Positions 11,242 to 21,474 of a stretch of DNA of 64,000 nt are shown here, piece by piece; position 1 is the first letter of the stretch, and each line of letters begins with the position of its first letter. The notes below the pieces were generated by a model that did not search any database, was not told the DNA's origin, and saw nothing but the letters and a program-made list of their open reading frames with translations. Origin of the DNA: an uncultured Rivularia sp. (GTDB lineage: Bacteria > Cyanobacteriota > Cyanobacteriia > Cyanobacteriales > Nostocaceae). Where the stretch lies: assembly GCA_963665115.1 (NCBI GenBank), contig OY762007.1, forward strand, positions 3,520,001-3,584,000, in the 5' to 3' direction. The position numbers were made by a program, and so were the translations under genes.

Positions 11242-12166
11242 GTGGAGCTTAAGCAAGTAATTATTGCCTATAAGGCGCGAGATCCCCAAAGCAAACGCTG
11301 GGCTGAAATCTGTGCCAGACAATTAGAACATCGTAAATGTCATGTATTGATGGGGTCCTAGCGGTCCGAAGGATAACCCATATCCGGTTTTTTTAGCTTC
11401 GGCAACCCAACAAATTGACTTAGCCATAGTACTTGGTGGTGATGGTACGGTTCTAACTGGTGCAAGACATTTAGCCCAAGCTGGGATTCCTATTTTGGCC
11501 GTTAATGTCGGAGGTCATTTAGGATTTCTAACTGAGTCGGTGGAAGAGTTTCAGGATACCGAATCAGTTTGGGATAGACTTTTAGAAGACCGTTATGCCA
11601 TACAGCGACGGATGATGTTGCAAGCAGCAGTATATGAGGGACATGGCTCTAATTTGGAACCAATTACCGAAAACTACCTTGCTTTGAACGAAATGTGTAT
11701 AAAACCCGCTTCCGCAGATCGCATGATCACGTCAATTTTAGAAATGGAAATTGATAATGAGGTCATCGATCAATGTCAGGGAGACGGGTTAATTATTTCT
11801 ACGCCTACAGGTTCTACAGGTTACACAGTTTCTGCTAACGGTCCGATAATGCATGATGGTATGGAAGCGATTACCATCACTCCCATTTGTCCCATGAGTC
11901 TTTCAAGCCGCCCAATTGTTTTACCTCCGGGTTCGGTAGTTAGTATTTGGCCTTTAGGCGATTACGATCTAAGTACTAAATTATGGACTGATGGCGTTTT
12001 AGCGACTTCTATATGGCCCGGTCATCGCGTAGATGTACGTATGGCAGATTGTCGGTCTAAGTTCATTATTTTACGGGAAAACTATTCGTACTATCAGGTC
12101 TTACGAGAGAAATTGCTCTGGGCGGGAACTAGGGTTAGGTATAACAGTAAACATAATAGTAATTGA
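11242..12166 (+). CDS. nadK: NAD+ kinase (apparent +1 frameshift at G-run 11352-11355)
   Basis: GTG start (VELKQVIIAYK). Removing one G restores MGPSGPKD...LGGDGTVL, which joins the ORF containing NE and STPTGSTGY motifs. Confidence 0.9.
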
Positions 12167-12170
12167 AGAT

Positions 12171-12198
12171 GTAGAGACGTGATATATCGCGTCTCTAC
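12171..12198. repeat. REP-like palindrome GTAGAGACG...CGTCTCTAC between convergent genes
   Basis: GTAGAGACGTGATATATCGCGTCTCTAC. A related copy lies at about 60612-60638. Confidence 0.8.
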
Positions 12199-12221
12199 AA
12201 AAATTTAGGTTATTAAACGAA

Positions 12222-12611
12222 TTAGTCAAAACAAACAGCATCCACTTCGACTTCAATTAACATTGCGGAATCTATCAGCGATTTAACTTCCACCATTGTG
12301 GAAGCGGGAGGGTTTTCTGCAAAGAATTCTTGATGTGCTTTGCCAAATTCAGCCCAAAGAGAGATATCTGTAACGTACATTCTTGTTCTGATTACATACT
12401 TTGTATTTGTACCTAAATTTTGTAAAGCTTTTTCGACGATTTGAAAACAACGTTTAGCTTGAGCATAAGCATCACCTGGAGCAAAAACGCTACCGTCTTC
12501 TGCTACTGGTGCGGTTCCAGATACGTAAACATGATTTCCGGCTTTAATGGCACGACAGTAACCAACTAAAGATTCCCAAGTTGCACCGGAGAATGTTCTG
12601 TGGATTTGCAT
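12222..12611 (-). CDS. RidA/YjgF family protein
   Basis: VGYCRA, VSGTAP, PPASTMVEV and IEVEVDA motifs. Confidence 0.9.
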   Translation of the reverse strand: MQIHRTFSGATWESLVGYCRAIKAGNHVYVSGTAPVAEDGSVFAPGDAYAQAKRCFQIVEKALQNLGTNTKYVIRTRMYVTDISLWAEFGKAHQEFFAENPPASTMVEVKSLIDSAMLIEVEVDAVCFD

Positions 12612-12807
12612 GGCTATAATGTTTTGAGTGAGTTATGAGTACTAAGTATAATTTTTCAGAATAAATAAACAGTAAGAAACCCAGCTTTGTCAAAAAAACC
12701 GGGTTTTGCAATTCTCACAAATGATTTAAAGCAAAACTTTAATTATTGCATTTATAATAACTGTTTGAAGAATGAAAAATGTAAATAATTTATAAATGAC
12801 AACCTCT

Positions 12808-13161
12808 TCAGTCAACTGTTCTCAAAAAATAGTTAATCACGCTAGAAACTATTGCTAATACGATTGAACCGAATAAAGCAGCCAAAGGTCCCCTGACAGT
12901 AAAACCATAGTCAGGAGTAAAAATAGTTGCTAGCCAAAGAGTGAATCCGTTAACAACAAATGTAAATAATCCAAAGGTAAGCAAATTTATCGGAAATGTT
13001 AAAATGCTTAAAATAGGTCTAATAATCGCATTAATTAATCCGATAACAACCGCTGCAACTAAAGCTGCCTCGATACCTGTAACATCTAATCCAGGAACAA
13101 TATGAGCGGTAATTAGCAATGACACCGCAGTGCCAAGCCAAGTTAATACAAAGTGCATCAT
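12808..13161 (-). CDS. YvlD/DUF360 four-TM membrane protein (annotated as phage holin family)
   Basis: GLINAIIRPILSILTFPINLLTFGLFTFVVNG motif. Confidence 0.85.
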   Translation of the reverse strand: MMHFVLTWLGTAVSLLITAHIVPGLDVTGIEAALVAAVVIGLINAIIRPILSILTFPINLLTFGLFTFVVNGFTLWLATIFTPDYGFTVRGPLAALFGSIVLAIVSSVINYFLRTVD

Positions 13162-13686
13162 AGGCTTTGTGTGGGAAAATTATTGATTTGTAGGCTGGTA
13201 ATTCGTTTGGAAACTTTTCGGTATTTACTTATCAGTGATAGTAGATAAATAACCCGAGCCAAGTAATGGCATCTAATGATACCAAAATTTTTTGTATATA
13301 TATTATCCTATTGCGGGTTGTAGTTACGACTTTAATTTAGTTAAGTACTTAAATATTGCCTTATTTATTTCAGTATGAATTGTTATGTAGAGAAGTAACG
13401 TTTTACGTCTTTATAAGGCTTTTAAGTATGTTGCAGACAAATTTTATACAATTAAATACTTGTGATTTTGCTGTTTATCATATAAATATTTGCGAAATTT
13501 GAGAGCGCTTGAAAAAACACTTTGAACCAATCCCTGCCTATTCTTGACTTAATGAGGCGATCGCCACCTACCAGATTACATATCAGTTAACTTGATATTG
13601 GCTTGATATTACAAATAAGAATGGTGCGTTGCCCCTCACAACGCACCACACAAAAAAATTGGATATTAAATTAATTCACTCAACAA

Positions 13687-14673
13687 TTAACGTTTATCTA
13701 AAAGTTGCCAAGTAGCTCCTCCAACAACACCATCGGGTTCTAAACCGTTACGCTTCTGGAAGGCTTTTACTGCATCTGCTGTTACGGGACCAAAATCTCC
13801 ATCAACACTTTTAAGAAATCCTAAGTTGGATAATTTTTCCTGTACTTTGACTACCTGAGAACCTCGCATTCCCAAACGCAAAATTGGTAATCCTTGGGCA
13901 GTATATTGGATTGCAGGAGTTTTTTTCTGGGTAGTTGTGCTGCTTTGACGAGTACTTGTGGTTTGACGAGTACGTGTAGTTGCAGCTTGTCTTTGTGCGG
14001 GTTTGCGTTTCTGAGTGGTATTACGAGGTTTTGGTTTTGCTGGTGTTGGTTCGGGATTCCTAGACGATGGAGTTGAAGGTTTCGGTTCAGGAGAAGGCTT
14101 AACAACCCTAATTCGACTGTTGAGAGCAGGTGTTATCGATCTTTGTTGCTGTGTCGAATTATTTACCACCCTAACGCTACCGAATGAATCTGTAGGCACG
14201 GGAAAGGTATCAGAAGGCGGTGGCGTAGGAGCGCTAGTTACTGGGGTACTAGCCACTTCTGTTGATCCAGTTGTGCTGGGAAAAAGGGTTTGCCAAGTGT
14301 TGGTATCTACAACCCCATCCGATTTTAACCCTGCTGCTTGTTGGAAACCGGAAACTGCTTGTTTAGTTGCTGCGGTGAAACTACCGTTAACTTCACCTCG
14401 ATAAAAACCTAAAAGTTTTAAAGCACCTTGTAATTCTCTTACAGGTACCCCTTGACTACCCATTTTAAGGGTAGGACGATTCATACTTGCCCCTACAACT
14501 ACTTGAGCAAGCTTTTGTTGCGGTGCAGCAATTGATACTCCAGCGCTCGATCCAAATAGCAGAGGAGTAGAGGAAATTAAAAGTAACCAATAAAACCTAC
14601 TTCTGGGAAGGAAACGAAACGATACGAGAGAGCGTAAGTACTCAACTATACTTAGTTTTCTTCTACCTATCAT
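13687..14673 (-). CDS. Secreted protein with two peptidoglycan-binding domains and a Pro/Thr-rich linker
   Basis: Two PG_binding_1 repeats (FQQAAGLKSDGVVD; FQKRNGLEPDGVVG). Start uncertain. Confidence 0.85.
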   Translation of the reverse strand: MIGRRKLSIVEYLRSLVSFRFLPRSRFYWLLLISSTPLLFGSSAGVSIAAPQQKLAQVVVGASMNRPTLKMGSQGVPVRELQGALKLLGFYRGEVNGSFTAATKQAVSGFQQAAGLKSDGVVDTNTWQTLFPSTTGSTEVASTPVTSAPTPPPSDTFPVPTDSFGSVRVVNNSTQQQRSITPALNSRIRVVKPSPEPKPSTPSSRNPEPTPAKPKPRNTTQKRKPAQRQAATTRTRQTTSTRQSSTTTQKKTPAIQYTAQGLPILRLGMRGSQVVKVQEKLSNLGFLKSVDGDFGPVTADAVKAFQKRNGLEPDGVVGGATWQLLDKR

Positions 14674-14811
14674 GGTTTGTGCCCCCGGCAAATCTCTTAC
14701 AAATACACTATCTATTAACCAGTATAAAATTAAATTGTAACAGCAGTGTAAATGCTTAAAAAAGCTACAAATAATAAGCAATTGATGCTAAGTAAATGCC
14801 TCGTACTGCCG

Positions 14812-16083
14812 CTACGCAATTACACGGTTAATCGCTTCTTCTTGACCGATTACAGACACAAATGGTTCCTTTAAATATTGACAGGCTGTATGAATGGCAT
14901 CAGCACTGGTTAAAGCTGCAATATCTTTTTGAAATTTTTGATCGAAAGCGATTCCTAAACCTAAAATTTCATACCATCCATATATTTGGGCAATTTGTCC
15001 GTTGGTTTGTTTGCCTAAAGCGTATTGCCCCAGAATCTTGTTTTTTGCAGCTTGCAAAGCATTTTCTTCTAGCTTACTACTCGAAAGTAAATCAACTTCT
15101 CTTTGCAACCCTTCTAAAGCCACGATCGTATTTTCTGGTGCCGTACCCATATAAACCACAAAGGAACTAGAGAACTGCCTTGTAGGGTAAAATGCCGATA
15201 CATCGTAAGCTAACCCCAGCTTTTCTCGTAATTCAATAAATAAGCGACTGGAAAGCCCATTTCCTAAATAAGTAGAAAGTAATTTTAAAGCAGCGTAGTC
15301 AGTTGAATGCACTGAAGCACCCAAATAACCCAGCATCATTACCGATTGCTGTGTAGCTTGGGGGGTAACTACTCGTTGGGGTTTAGTTTGAGGGAATGAC
15401 ACGTTCATTACGGGTAGCTGCGTATCTGCCGGATGCCAATCACCAAAAAGTTTTTCAATTTGTTGCTCTGCATCCGTTTCGGAGATACGGCCTGCAATGC
15501 TAATAACTATATTATCTGGGCGAAAATAGGTTTGATAATAGTTAACTAAATCTTCCCGAGTTAAACCGCTAATAGTAGTTTCATCACCCAATCCCGACGA
15601 TGCATAAGGATGATTTTCGTACATTATTTGTCGTAATTGCTCAAATGCGACGCTAAAGGGTTGTTCTTTTTGCAAGCGTACATCCTGTAAAGCAATTCGC
15701 TTTTCCAACTCCACTTCAGCTTCTGGAAAAGTTGGCGATCGCAATAATCGTGTTGCCAATTCCAATATCTGGATAAAATCAGCCGTAACGGTTTTCAAGG
15801 ATAAAACAAAGTAATCCGTTGCAGTATCAGCACTCAAACTGGCTCCAACAGACTCTACACGTTCGGCAATTTCCAAGCTTGAAAGTCCGTCGCATCCTTT
15901 AGTTAATAAAGCACCGAGCAAATTTGCCAACCCTGCTTTCTCTGGATTTTCATAACAACTTCCAGCACGGATAAATATTCGAGTTGCAATCACATCAGCA
16001 GCAGAATTTTCTGCAACCAGCAGCACTATTCCATTTTTTAATTCAGTACGGTGAACATTTGATGATTTTGGCAAAGTTGTCAT
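14812..16083 (-). CDS. M16B peptidase, non-catalytic subunit
   Basis: M16-type sequence lacking HxxEH; has SRLFIELREKLGLAY. Confidence 0.88.
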   Translation of the reverse strand: MTTLPKSSNVHRTELKNGIVLLVAENSAADVIATRIFIRAGSCYENPEKAGLANLLGALLTKGCDGLSSLEIAERVESVGASLSADTATDYFVLSLKTVTADFIQILELATRLLRSPTFPEAEVELEKRIALQDVRLQKEQPFSVAFEQLRQIMYENHPYASSGLGDETTISGLTREDLVNYYQTYFRPDNIVISIAGRISETDAEQQIEKLFGDWHPADTQLPVMNVSFPQTKPQRVVTPQATQQSVMMLGYLGASVHSTDYAALKLLSTYLGNGLSSRLFIELREKLGLAYDVSAFYPTRQFSSSFVVYMGTAPENTIVALEGLQREVDLLSSSKLEENALQAAKNKILGQYALGKQTNGQIAQIYGWYEILGLGIAFDQKFQKDIAALTSADAIHTACQYLKEPFVSVIGQEEAINRVIA

Positions 16084-16230
16084 TAGCAGAATTCTGGATT
16101 TTATATTTTGGATTAAAGAGTGAGGAATTAGGAGTTAGGAGTTCTGAATTAGAAGTAAGTAAAGAGTTAATAGTTAATTTAATAATTAATTTCCTCCCCT
16201 TGTCTCCCCATCTCCCCATCTCCCCACCCC

Positions 16231-17508
16231 CTACTCCCTGGCTTTTACCACGATTACGGCATAATTATCGGGTGAAAGATATTTATATGCTATGTTTTGC
16301 AGTTCTTTTACGTCAAAGGATTTTATTTGTTGGGGATAAGTTACTGATAGTGAAGCTGTTGCAATAGTGTTGTAGTATCCGTAAAGTCCAGCTAATTGCG
16401 AAGGCGTTTCTGTTGAAAAAGCATAGTCATTGCATAGCAGACGTTTAGCACGGGTAAGTTCTTGCTCTGTAATCTCTCTCGTCAATTTTTGTAAATGAAG
16501 CCGAACTAATTCTTCTACTTGCTCTAATTGTTCCGATTCTAACCAAGCATTGATAGTAAATAAACTTGACTGTTGTTGCAGTGAAAAACTACTGCAAATA
16601 CCGTTGACTAATTGCCTTACTTCTCGTAAATCTCTTACTAATCGCGAAGTTCTTCCTCCTGCCAAGATTACCGAAAGTAAATCTAAAGCATAACCGATGC
16701 GAATTTGTTCTACTCCTGGTGCTACCCATCCCATCAGCAAACGAGCTTGTTCGAGTCTGGGCAATTGAATTTCTTGACGGCAAATTCCTGTAATGTTCGG
16801 TTTTGTAGCTGTTTTTGTGCGGGGACAATCAAAACATGGTGAAGCAAAGTTATCGAAAGAGCTATTGACTAATTCTAAAGCTTGCGATGAACCGATCCCT
16901 CCGGCGATCGCCACTGTCATATTTTCTGGTTGATAGTGGGAGCGATGGAAGCAACGTAATTCCTCTGCTCGGTATTGTGCAACATTTTGCTCGCTTCCTA
17001 AAACCGAACGTCCGTAAGGATGCTGCTGATAAATATTTTTATAAAGAGCTTGAAAACCCATCCAATCGGGATTATCGGATGCTTGTCGAATTTCTTCTAA
17101 AATTACATTGCGCTCGCAGTTTAATTCAACTTCGGGTATCGCTGCATTTACTAACAATTCACCCATTAGCGGTAAAGTTTCTTCGAGATAAGTAGAAGCT
17201 GTAGTTAGTGAATAATGAGCGTAATCATAACTAGTAGCAGCATTACTTACCCCACCTAAGAACTCAATTTTTCGATCGAATACCCCCGCTTTTAGTGTTT
17301 CGGTACCTTTGAAAATCATATGTTCCAAAAAGTGAGCCATTCCACCCCAAGATTCTGGTTCTAATTTGGCTCCTGCTCTAACCCAAATATCTGCCACAAC
17401 TATGGGAGTGGTAGATATTTCTTGGTGAATCAATGTTAACCCGTTGTCTATTTTGAAGACTGAGGCTGGAAACACGGTATTATTTATTGGTATAAGAATA
17501 TTAAACAA
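16231..17508 (-). CDS. M16B zinc peptidase, catalytic subunit
   Basis: HFLEHMIFKGT (HxxEH). Confidence 0.92.
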   Translation of the reverse strand: MFNILIPINNTVFPASVFKIDNGLTLIHQEISTTPIVVADIWVRAGAKLEPESWGGMAHFLEHMIFKGTETLKAGVFDRKIEFLGGVSNAATSYDYAHYSLTTASTYLEETLPLMGELLVNAAIPEVELNCERNVILEEIRQASDNPDWMGFQALYKNIYQQHPYGRSVLGSEQNVAQYRAEELRCFHRSHYQPENMTVAIAGGIGSSQALELVNSSFDNFASPCFDCPRTKTATKPNITGICRQEIQLPRLEQARLLMGWVAPGVEQIRIGYALDLLSVILAGGRTSRLVRDLREVRQLVNGICSSFSLQQQSSLFTINAWLESEQLEQVEELVRLHLQKLTREITEQELTRAKRLLCNDYAFSTETPSQLAGLYGYYNTIATASLSVTYPQQIKSFDVKELQNIAYKYLSPDNYAVIVVKARE

Positions 17509-17622
17509 TCTTATCAGCTTTCATTTACATTAAATTTAATTTATTTGATGCTTTTTTTCAAAAATAGATGTTTGTGATACAGTTTTTTATTAGATTATAT
17601 GAAAATTAAATTTTGGATATAT

Positions 17623-17743
17623 CTGATATCTTGCACCATTTTCAACAAGCCCAAAGGAACCCGGTTTCTCTTCGTAAAAGCACCACTATTTCGTTGTGAA
17701 ATCAACAAGAAACCGGGTTTCTGATACTGGTACAAGATGTAAG
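17623..17743. mobile_element. MITE with ~16-bp imperfect terminal inverted repeats
   Basis: CTGATATCTTGCACCA...TGGTACAAGATGTAAG with internal IR AACCCGGTTTCT/AGAAACCGGGTT. The same termini occur at 58584-58871. Confidence 0.7.
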
Positions 17744-17989
17744 TTATATTAAACTTAAAATTAATATCGTAATTCTCACATTCTTTTTTGTAAAACTTGA
17801 TGCTATTATAAATATTTTTGCTCTTCTTAGAAGAGCTTGTATTAGCAACTTTCATGCCAAAGTTACCATAGAACATCTCGGAAATTTTTTATTCTATATA
17901 GCTGACTATTTCCTGCTCCCTGCTTCCTGAAAATACAAAAACAAAGCTCCTTAAATCGAAAAGTGATTTAAAGAGCTTTGAAATTTTAT

Positions 17990-18160
17990 TTCACCGCAAC
18001 GCCGTTTTACCTAAGTTTATGACCTGGTTAAACCAGGGGGGAATCTAATGCCTCATTTAAAGTTTCCGGGTACATGCCCGGTATACTGCCACGAAACTGT
18101 TCGGTTCCCATATCATAAAAATCATAGATCACAAAACTGTATGGCAGTCACCAACGTTGC
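17990..18160 (-). ncRNA. ssrS: 6S RNA
   Basis: Lies directly downstream of purK, the conserved cyanobacterial position. Minus strand reads CGTTGGTGACTGCC...GGGAACCGAACAGTTTCGTGGCAGTATACC...CCTGGTTTAACCAGG...AAACTTAGGTAAAACGGCGTTGCGGTGA, followed by a hairpin at 17943-17979. Ends approximate. Confidence 0.85.
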
Positions 18161-18242
18161 AGTGCAACAAACCCATTATAGCTTTCAAAAATGATGTTGT
18201 GTAGTAAATAAAAAAAATATTTTTACTTGCTACATTAATTTA

Positions 18243-19443
18243 TTAAGAATACCATATAGACTCTATATTTTCGGCAATTGTCATCGCCTCATCACGATTT
18301 AATTTATCGAACAAAACTGTAATGTGTCCCAACTTGCGTCCGGGACGAGACTCTGATTTACCATACCAATGAACGTGCGCTCCGGGAATTTTTGCTAATT
18401 TAGAGCGTCGATCGGTATAGTTGCTTTTTCGCGTTTCATATCCTAATAAATTTACCATAATAGCACAAGGTATTTTCATTGCTACGTTGCCTAAAGGTAA
18501 ATCGGATACAACTCGCAAATGCTGCTCAAACTGGGAAGTAAAGCAGGCATCAATAGAAAAATGCCCAGAGTTATGGGTTCGGGGTGCTATTTCATTTACT
18601 AATACTTCACCGCTATTCGTCAAAAATAATTCTATAGCAAAAACCCCAACTACTTGTAAATTATCAAGTATTGTGCAGGCAATATCTTTGATAACTTTTT
18701 CTGTCTGGAGACTGATGTCAGCAGGAGCAATAACCCGCCGACAAACTTGTTGCTCTTGTTGGGTTTCTACTACTACAAAAGTAGAAATTTCGCCACTTGT
18801 CGAACGCGCTGCAATTACAGCTAATTCTTTCTGAAAAGGAATAAATTCTTCTAATAAAAAATGAGATTCAATTAAATTATTTCTTTGGTTAGCTTCTGGA
18901 TTCTCTTGATATAGTTTTTGCTTTAGACTAATTAAATCTTTGATGATAAATGTTCCTTGACCATCATAACCATGACGGCGAGCTTTTAAAACTGCTGGAA
19001 AATTTAATTCCCACTCTTGTGGATGGTTAATTTTTTTATATTGTGCGGTTTGAGAAGATGATGCAGTAAATAATGATTCTGGTAATTTAAATTTAGGAAC
19101 TGGTATACCCAAGTCTTGTAAAAAACAGCGTTGATAATATTTATCTAAGAGAGGAGATAGTGCCTCTATCCGAGGACGAAAACACACTTTGTCTGTAGCT
19201 AGTTTAGATAAAGCTTCTATATCAATAAACTCATTCTCGAAAGTTATAACATCACATTGCTTTGCTAACTCAGCCGTTGCAGTAGCATCGTCAACTGCGG
19301 CAAAAATAGTATTGTTAGCAATATTAACTGCTGGATCGTCAACATTGGGAGTTTGTACAATTAACTCTACACCCAGCTTTTGGGGCCGCAGTACCCATCA
19401 TTAATGCTAATTGTCCGCCACCAATTACACCAATACGCTTCAT
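18243..19443 (-). CDS. purK: N5-carboxyaminoimidazole ribonucleotide synthase (apparent +1 frameshift at 19382-19385)
   Basis: N-terminus MKRIGVIGGGQLA from 19443; ITFENEF, GYDGQG, NEIAPRTHNSGH and RKLGH motifs. Confidence 0.93.
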
Positions 19444-19757
19444 TTGCATTCCAGAAAATAACGAGTTTCTACGCCAGTTTTAGAGTTCGTACCGCTAGCT
19501 TTTTCGCAAATTTAAACTTGCGCTCCGTCTAAATTCACATCGGTGAAATCAACACCTTCAATATTGGTATCAACAAATATCGCAGGTCGAACAAAGCTTC
19601 TACGAGTACGGCATCACTCATATCTGCTCCCGTTAAGTTTACCCGAAAATAAGCGTGCATTCGTTAAATCCGCTTGATACAAGTTAGCTTCGATCGCTAC
19701 CGATGCGCTTAAAACCGCTCCCCTTAAATCGGCATCAGTAAAATTAGTAAGTTCCAT
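19440..19757 (-). pseudogene. Degraded pentapeptide-repeat protein gene
   Basis: Fragments TNFTDADLRGAVL, ANLYQADLTNA, LTGADMSDAVL and NIEGVDFTDVNLDGAQ in different frames, with an in-frame TAA. C-terminus ICEKASGTNSKTGVETR; the stop overlaps the purK ATG. Confidence 0.75.
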
Positions 19758-20215
19758 GATTTAGCACCAAATTAAAATATAGTTACATTAAGATTCAGCT
19801 TACATCACTCGCGACAAAACTTAAGTTCTACAGCCTTTTATCGGATGATACACCTTGACAAAAAACCGAATGTATCAATAGCTTATTGATAATGCCGTAA
19901 TGCCGTTCAAATATTAAAATTTTCTTTTTTTTATTTCAATTAATTTGCACTTTCAATAACTTTACATTTCTTCAATGAAATTGTAGAAATAAATTTACGT
20001 TGAAGCAAATAGATAAAGTTTATTATCATTTGATCGAATAATTGGGGCAGTGCTGTTAGTCTTGTAATTAGTGAAAGCTTTGTTTTCCTATTGTTGCAAG
20101 CAATAAGATTATCTTTACAAAGCTTCATATTTTATAGTTACAAGTTTTCAAGTAGAGAATTGTTAACTGTAAATATTAATAAGCGAAAATTCTATTTATT
20201 ATTATCTGAAAAGTT

Positions 20216-20575
20216 ATGCTGAAGAACTTAAATCGACTTGTTAGCAATCCGATGAGACATTACAACGATGAATGGATCGACCAGTGGTGTGAAGATAATG
20301 GTTGGACGGATCTATATATAGAGCGCTGTAATAACTTCTGGGCTTTTCCTCCTGGTGCGGTAATGCCGGAGCCAATTCCAGCAAAAGTACTCAGAGGAAT
20401 TAAAGCTGAAAGAGGATTGACTTGTGAAGAGCGTATTTGGTCAATTGCAGCAGTAGTTGCCACAATGTTAGCCGCTGGTGTTACTTATTGGTTGAGATGC
20501 CCGATACCAATGGTTGCAGCGTTTGCTTTCAATGCTGTAACTGTTGCTCAATTGGAAGTTGAAGATGCATATTAA
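20216..20575 (+). CDS. Conserved cyanobacterial hypothetical membrane protein
   Basis: WCEDNGWTDL...WAFPPGAVMPEPIP motif plus two hydrophobic C-terminal segments. Start may be 20252. Confidence 0.7.
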   Translation: MLKNLNRLVSNPMRHYNDEWIDQWCEDNGWTDLYIERCNNFWAFPPGAVMPEPIPAKVLRGIKAERGLTCEERIWSIAAVVATMLAAGVTYWLRCPIPMVAAFAFNAVTVAQLEVEDAY

Positions 20576-20702
20576 AGACTGTAGATGTAGAGTATTCATG
20601 GGGAAACTTTTCTCTATGAATATTATAAGATAATATTTTTTAAATATTTTTTAAATATTTTGCAAATTATTCAGGTAATCTTTCATTTAGGCAGTAAGAG
20701 TT

Positions 20703-20726
20703 GTGTCACGTTAATGTCACATAATT
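20703..20726 (+). promoter_or_regulatory. Putative TGTCAC direct-repeat operator upstream of the EPS cluster
   Basis: GTGTCACGTTAATGTCACATAATT; 21/24 identical to 36115-36138. Confidence 0.55.
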
Positions 20727-21474
20727 AAGATTAAATTTATATACAAGGTTGAAAAAAGACTAAGCAAAACGGCTGATTGAAAATTCAATTAAGTACTTAA
20801 CGCGGTTAGATTTCCCAAGCCCCCTTTTTTTAGGGGGTTTTTTCAATTGTGGGGAGTAGGAATAATCTTATACAGCTTTGATATCAAGAGGAAAATGTTG
20901 TTGTAACGCATTATTATCAAGTCTTTGGGTAGTGGCAGTGTCTGACTATAGTTTGAATACAAAATTAAAAATACAAAATTAAAAATTAATTCTATTTGAA
21001 TTTTTAATTGTTCAATTAAGGATACAAGCCTCTTCTTTTAAGGAGAAAAAGATAAAAACTTATTGTGAAGATTCAAGCCTCAGACTTTAGGTAATGGTAA
21101 TTTTTAATTGCTAATGCAGGAATTGTTTTGACTTCCACTACGATTATTTTAGCCGTTTAAATTAATAAAACAAATAATTTATTAATACGATTATAGACAA
21201 AAATCTTTCACTAACTATCAATTTACGTTAATTTACTTAAGTATTTAAGTAGATTAGTTTTGGTTTTTTAATATTAGTTTATAAAACCAAAAATAAACTT
21301 TTCCGTAGTTTTTCGGTAGAGTATGACCTACAAATAAAGTTAAGCTTCAGTATAGATGATATCTCTTAGATAAAAAACTATTAATGCTGATAGCTATGTC
21401 ATAAATAGATTATTTCAAACTAATTTATTTATAAATTTAAAATTATTGAAATTATATATATTATTTAACTCATT

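Noticed and set aside
13851..14404. Short antisense or alternate-frame ORFs overlapping genes (here and throughout the track)
   Set aside because: Shadow ORFs of well-supported genes, with no motifs.
17595..17876. 93-aa ORF (and similarly 58686-59015, 31960-32157, 10666-10929, 57566-57757)
   Set aside because: Translations of MITE or STRR DNA with low complexity.
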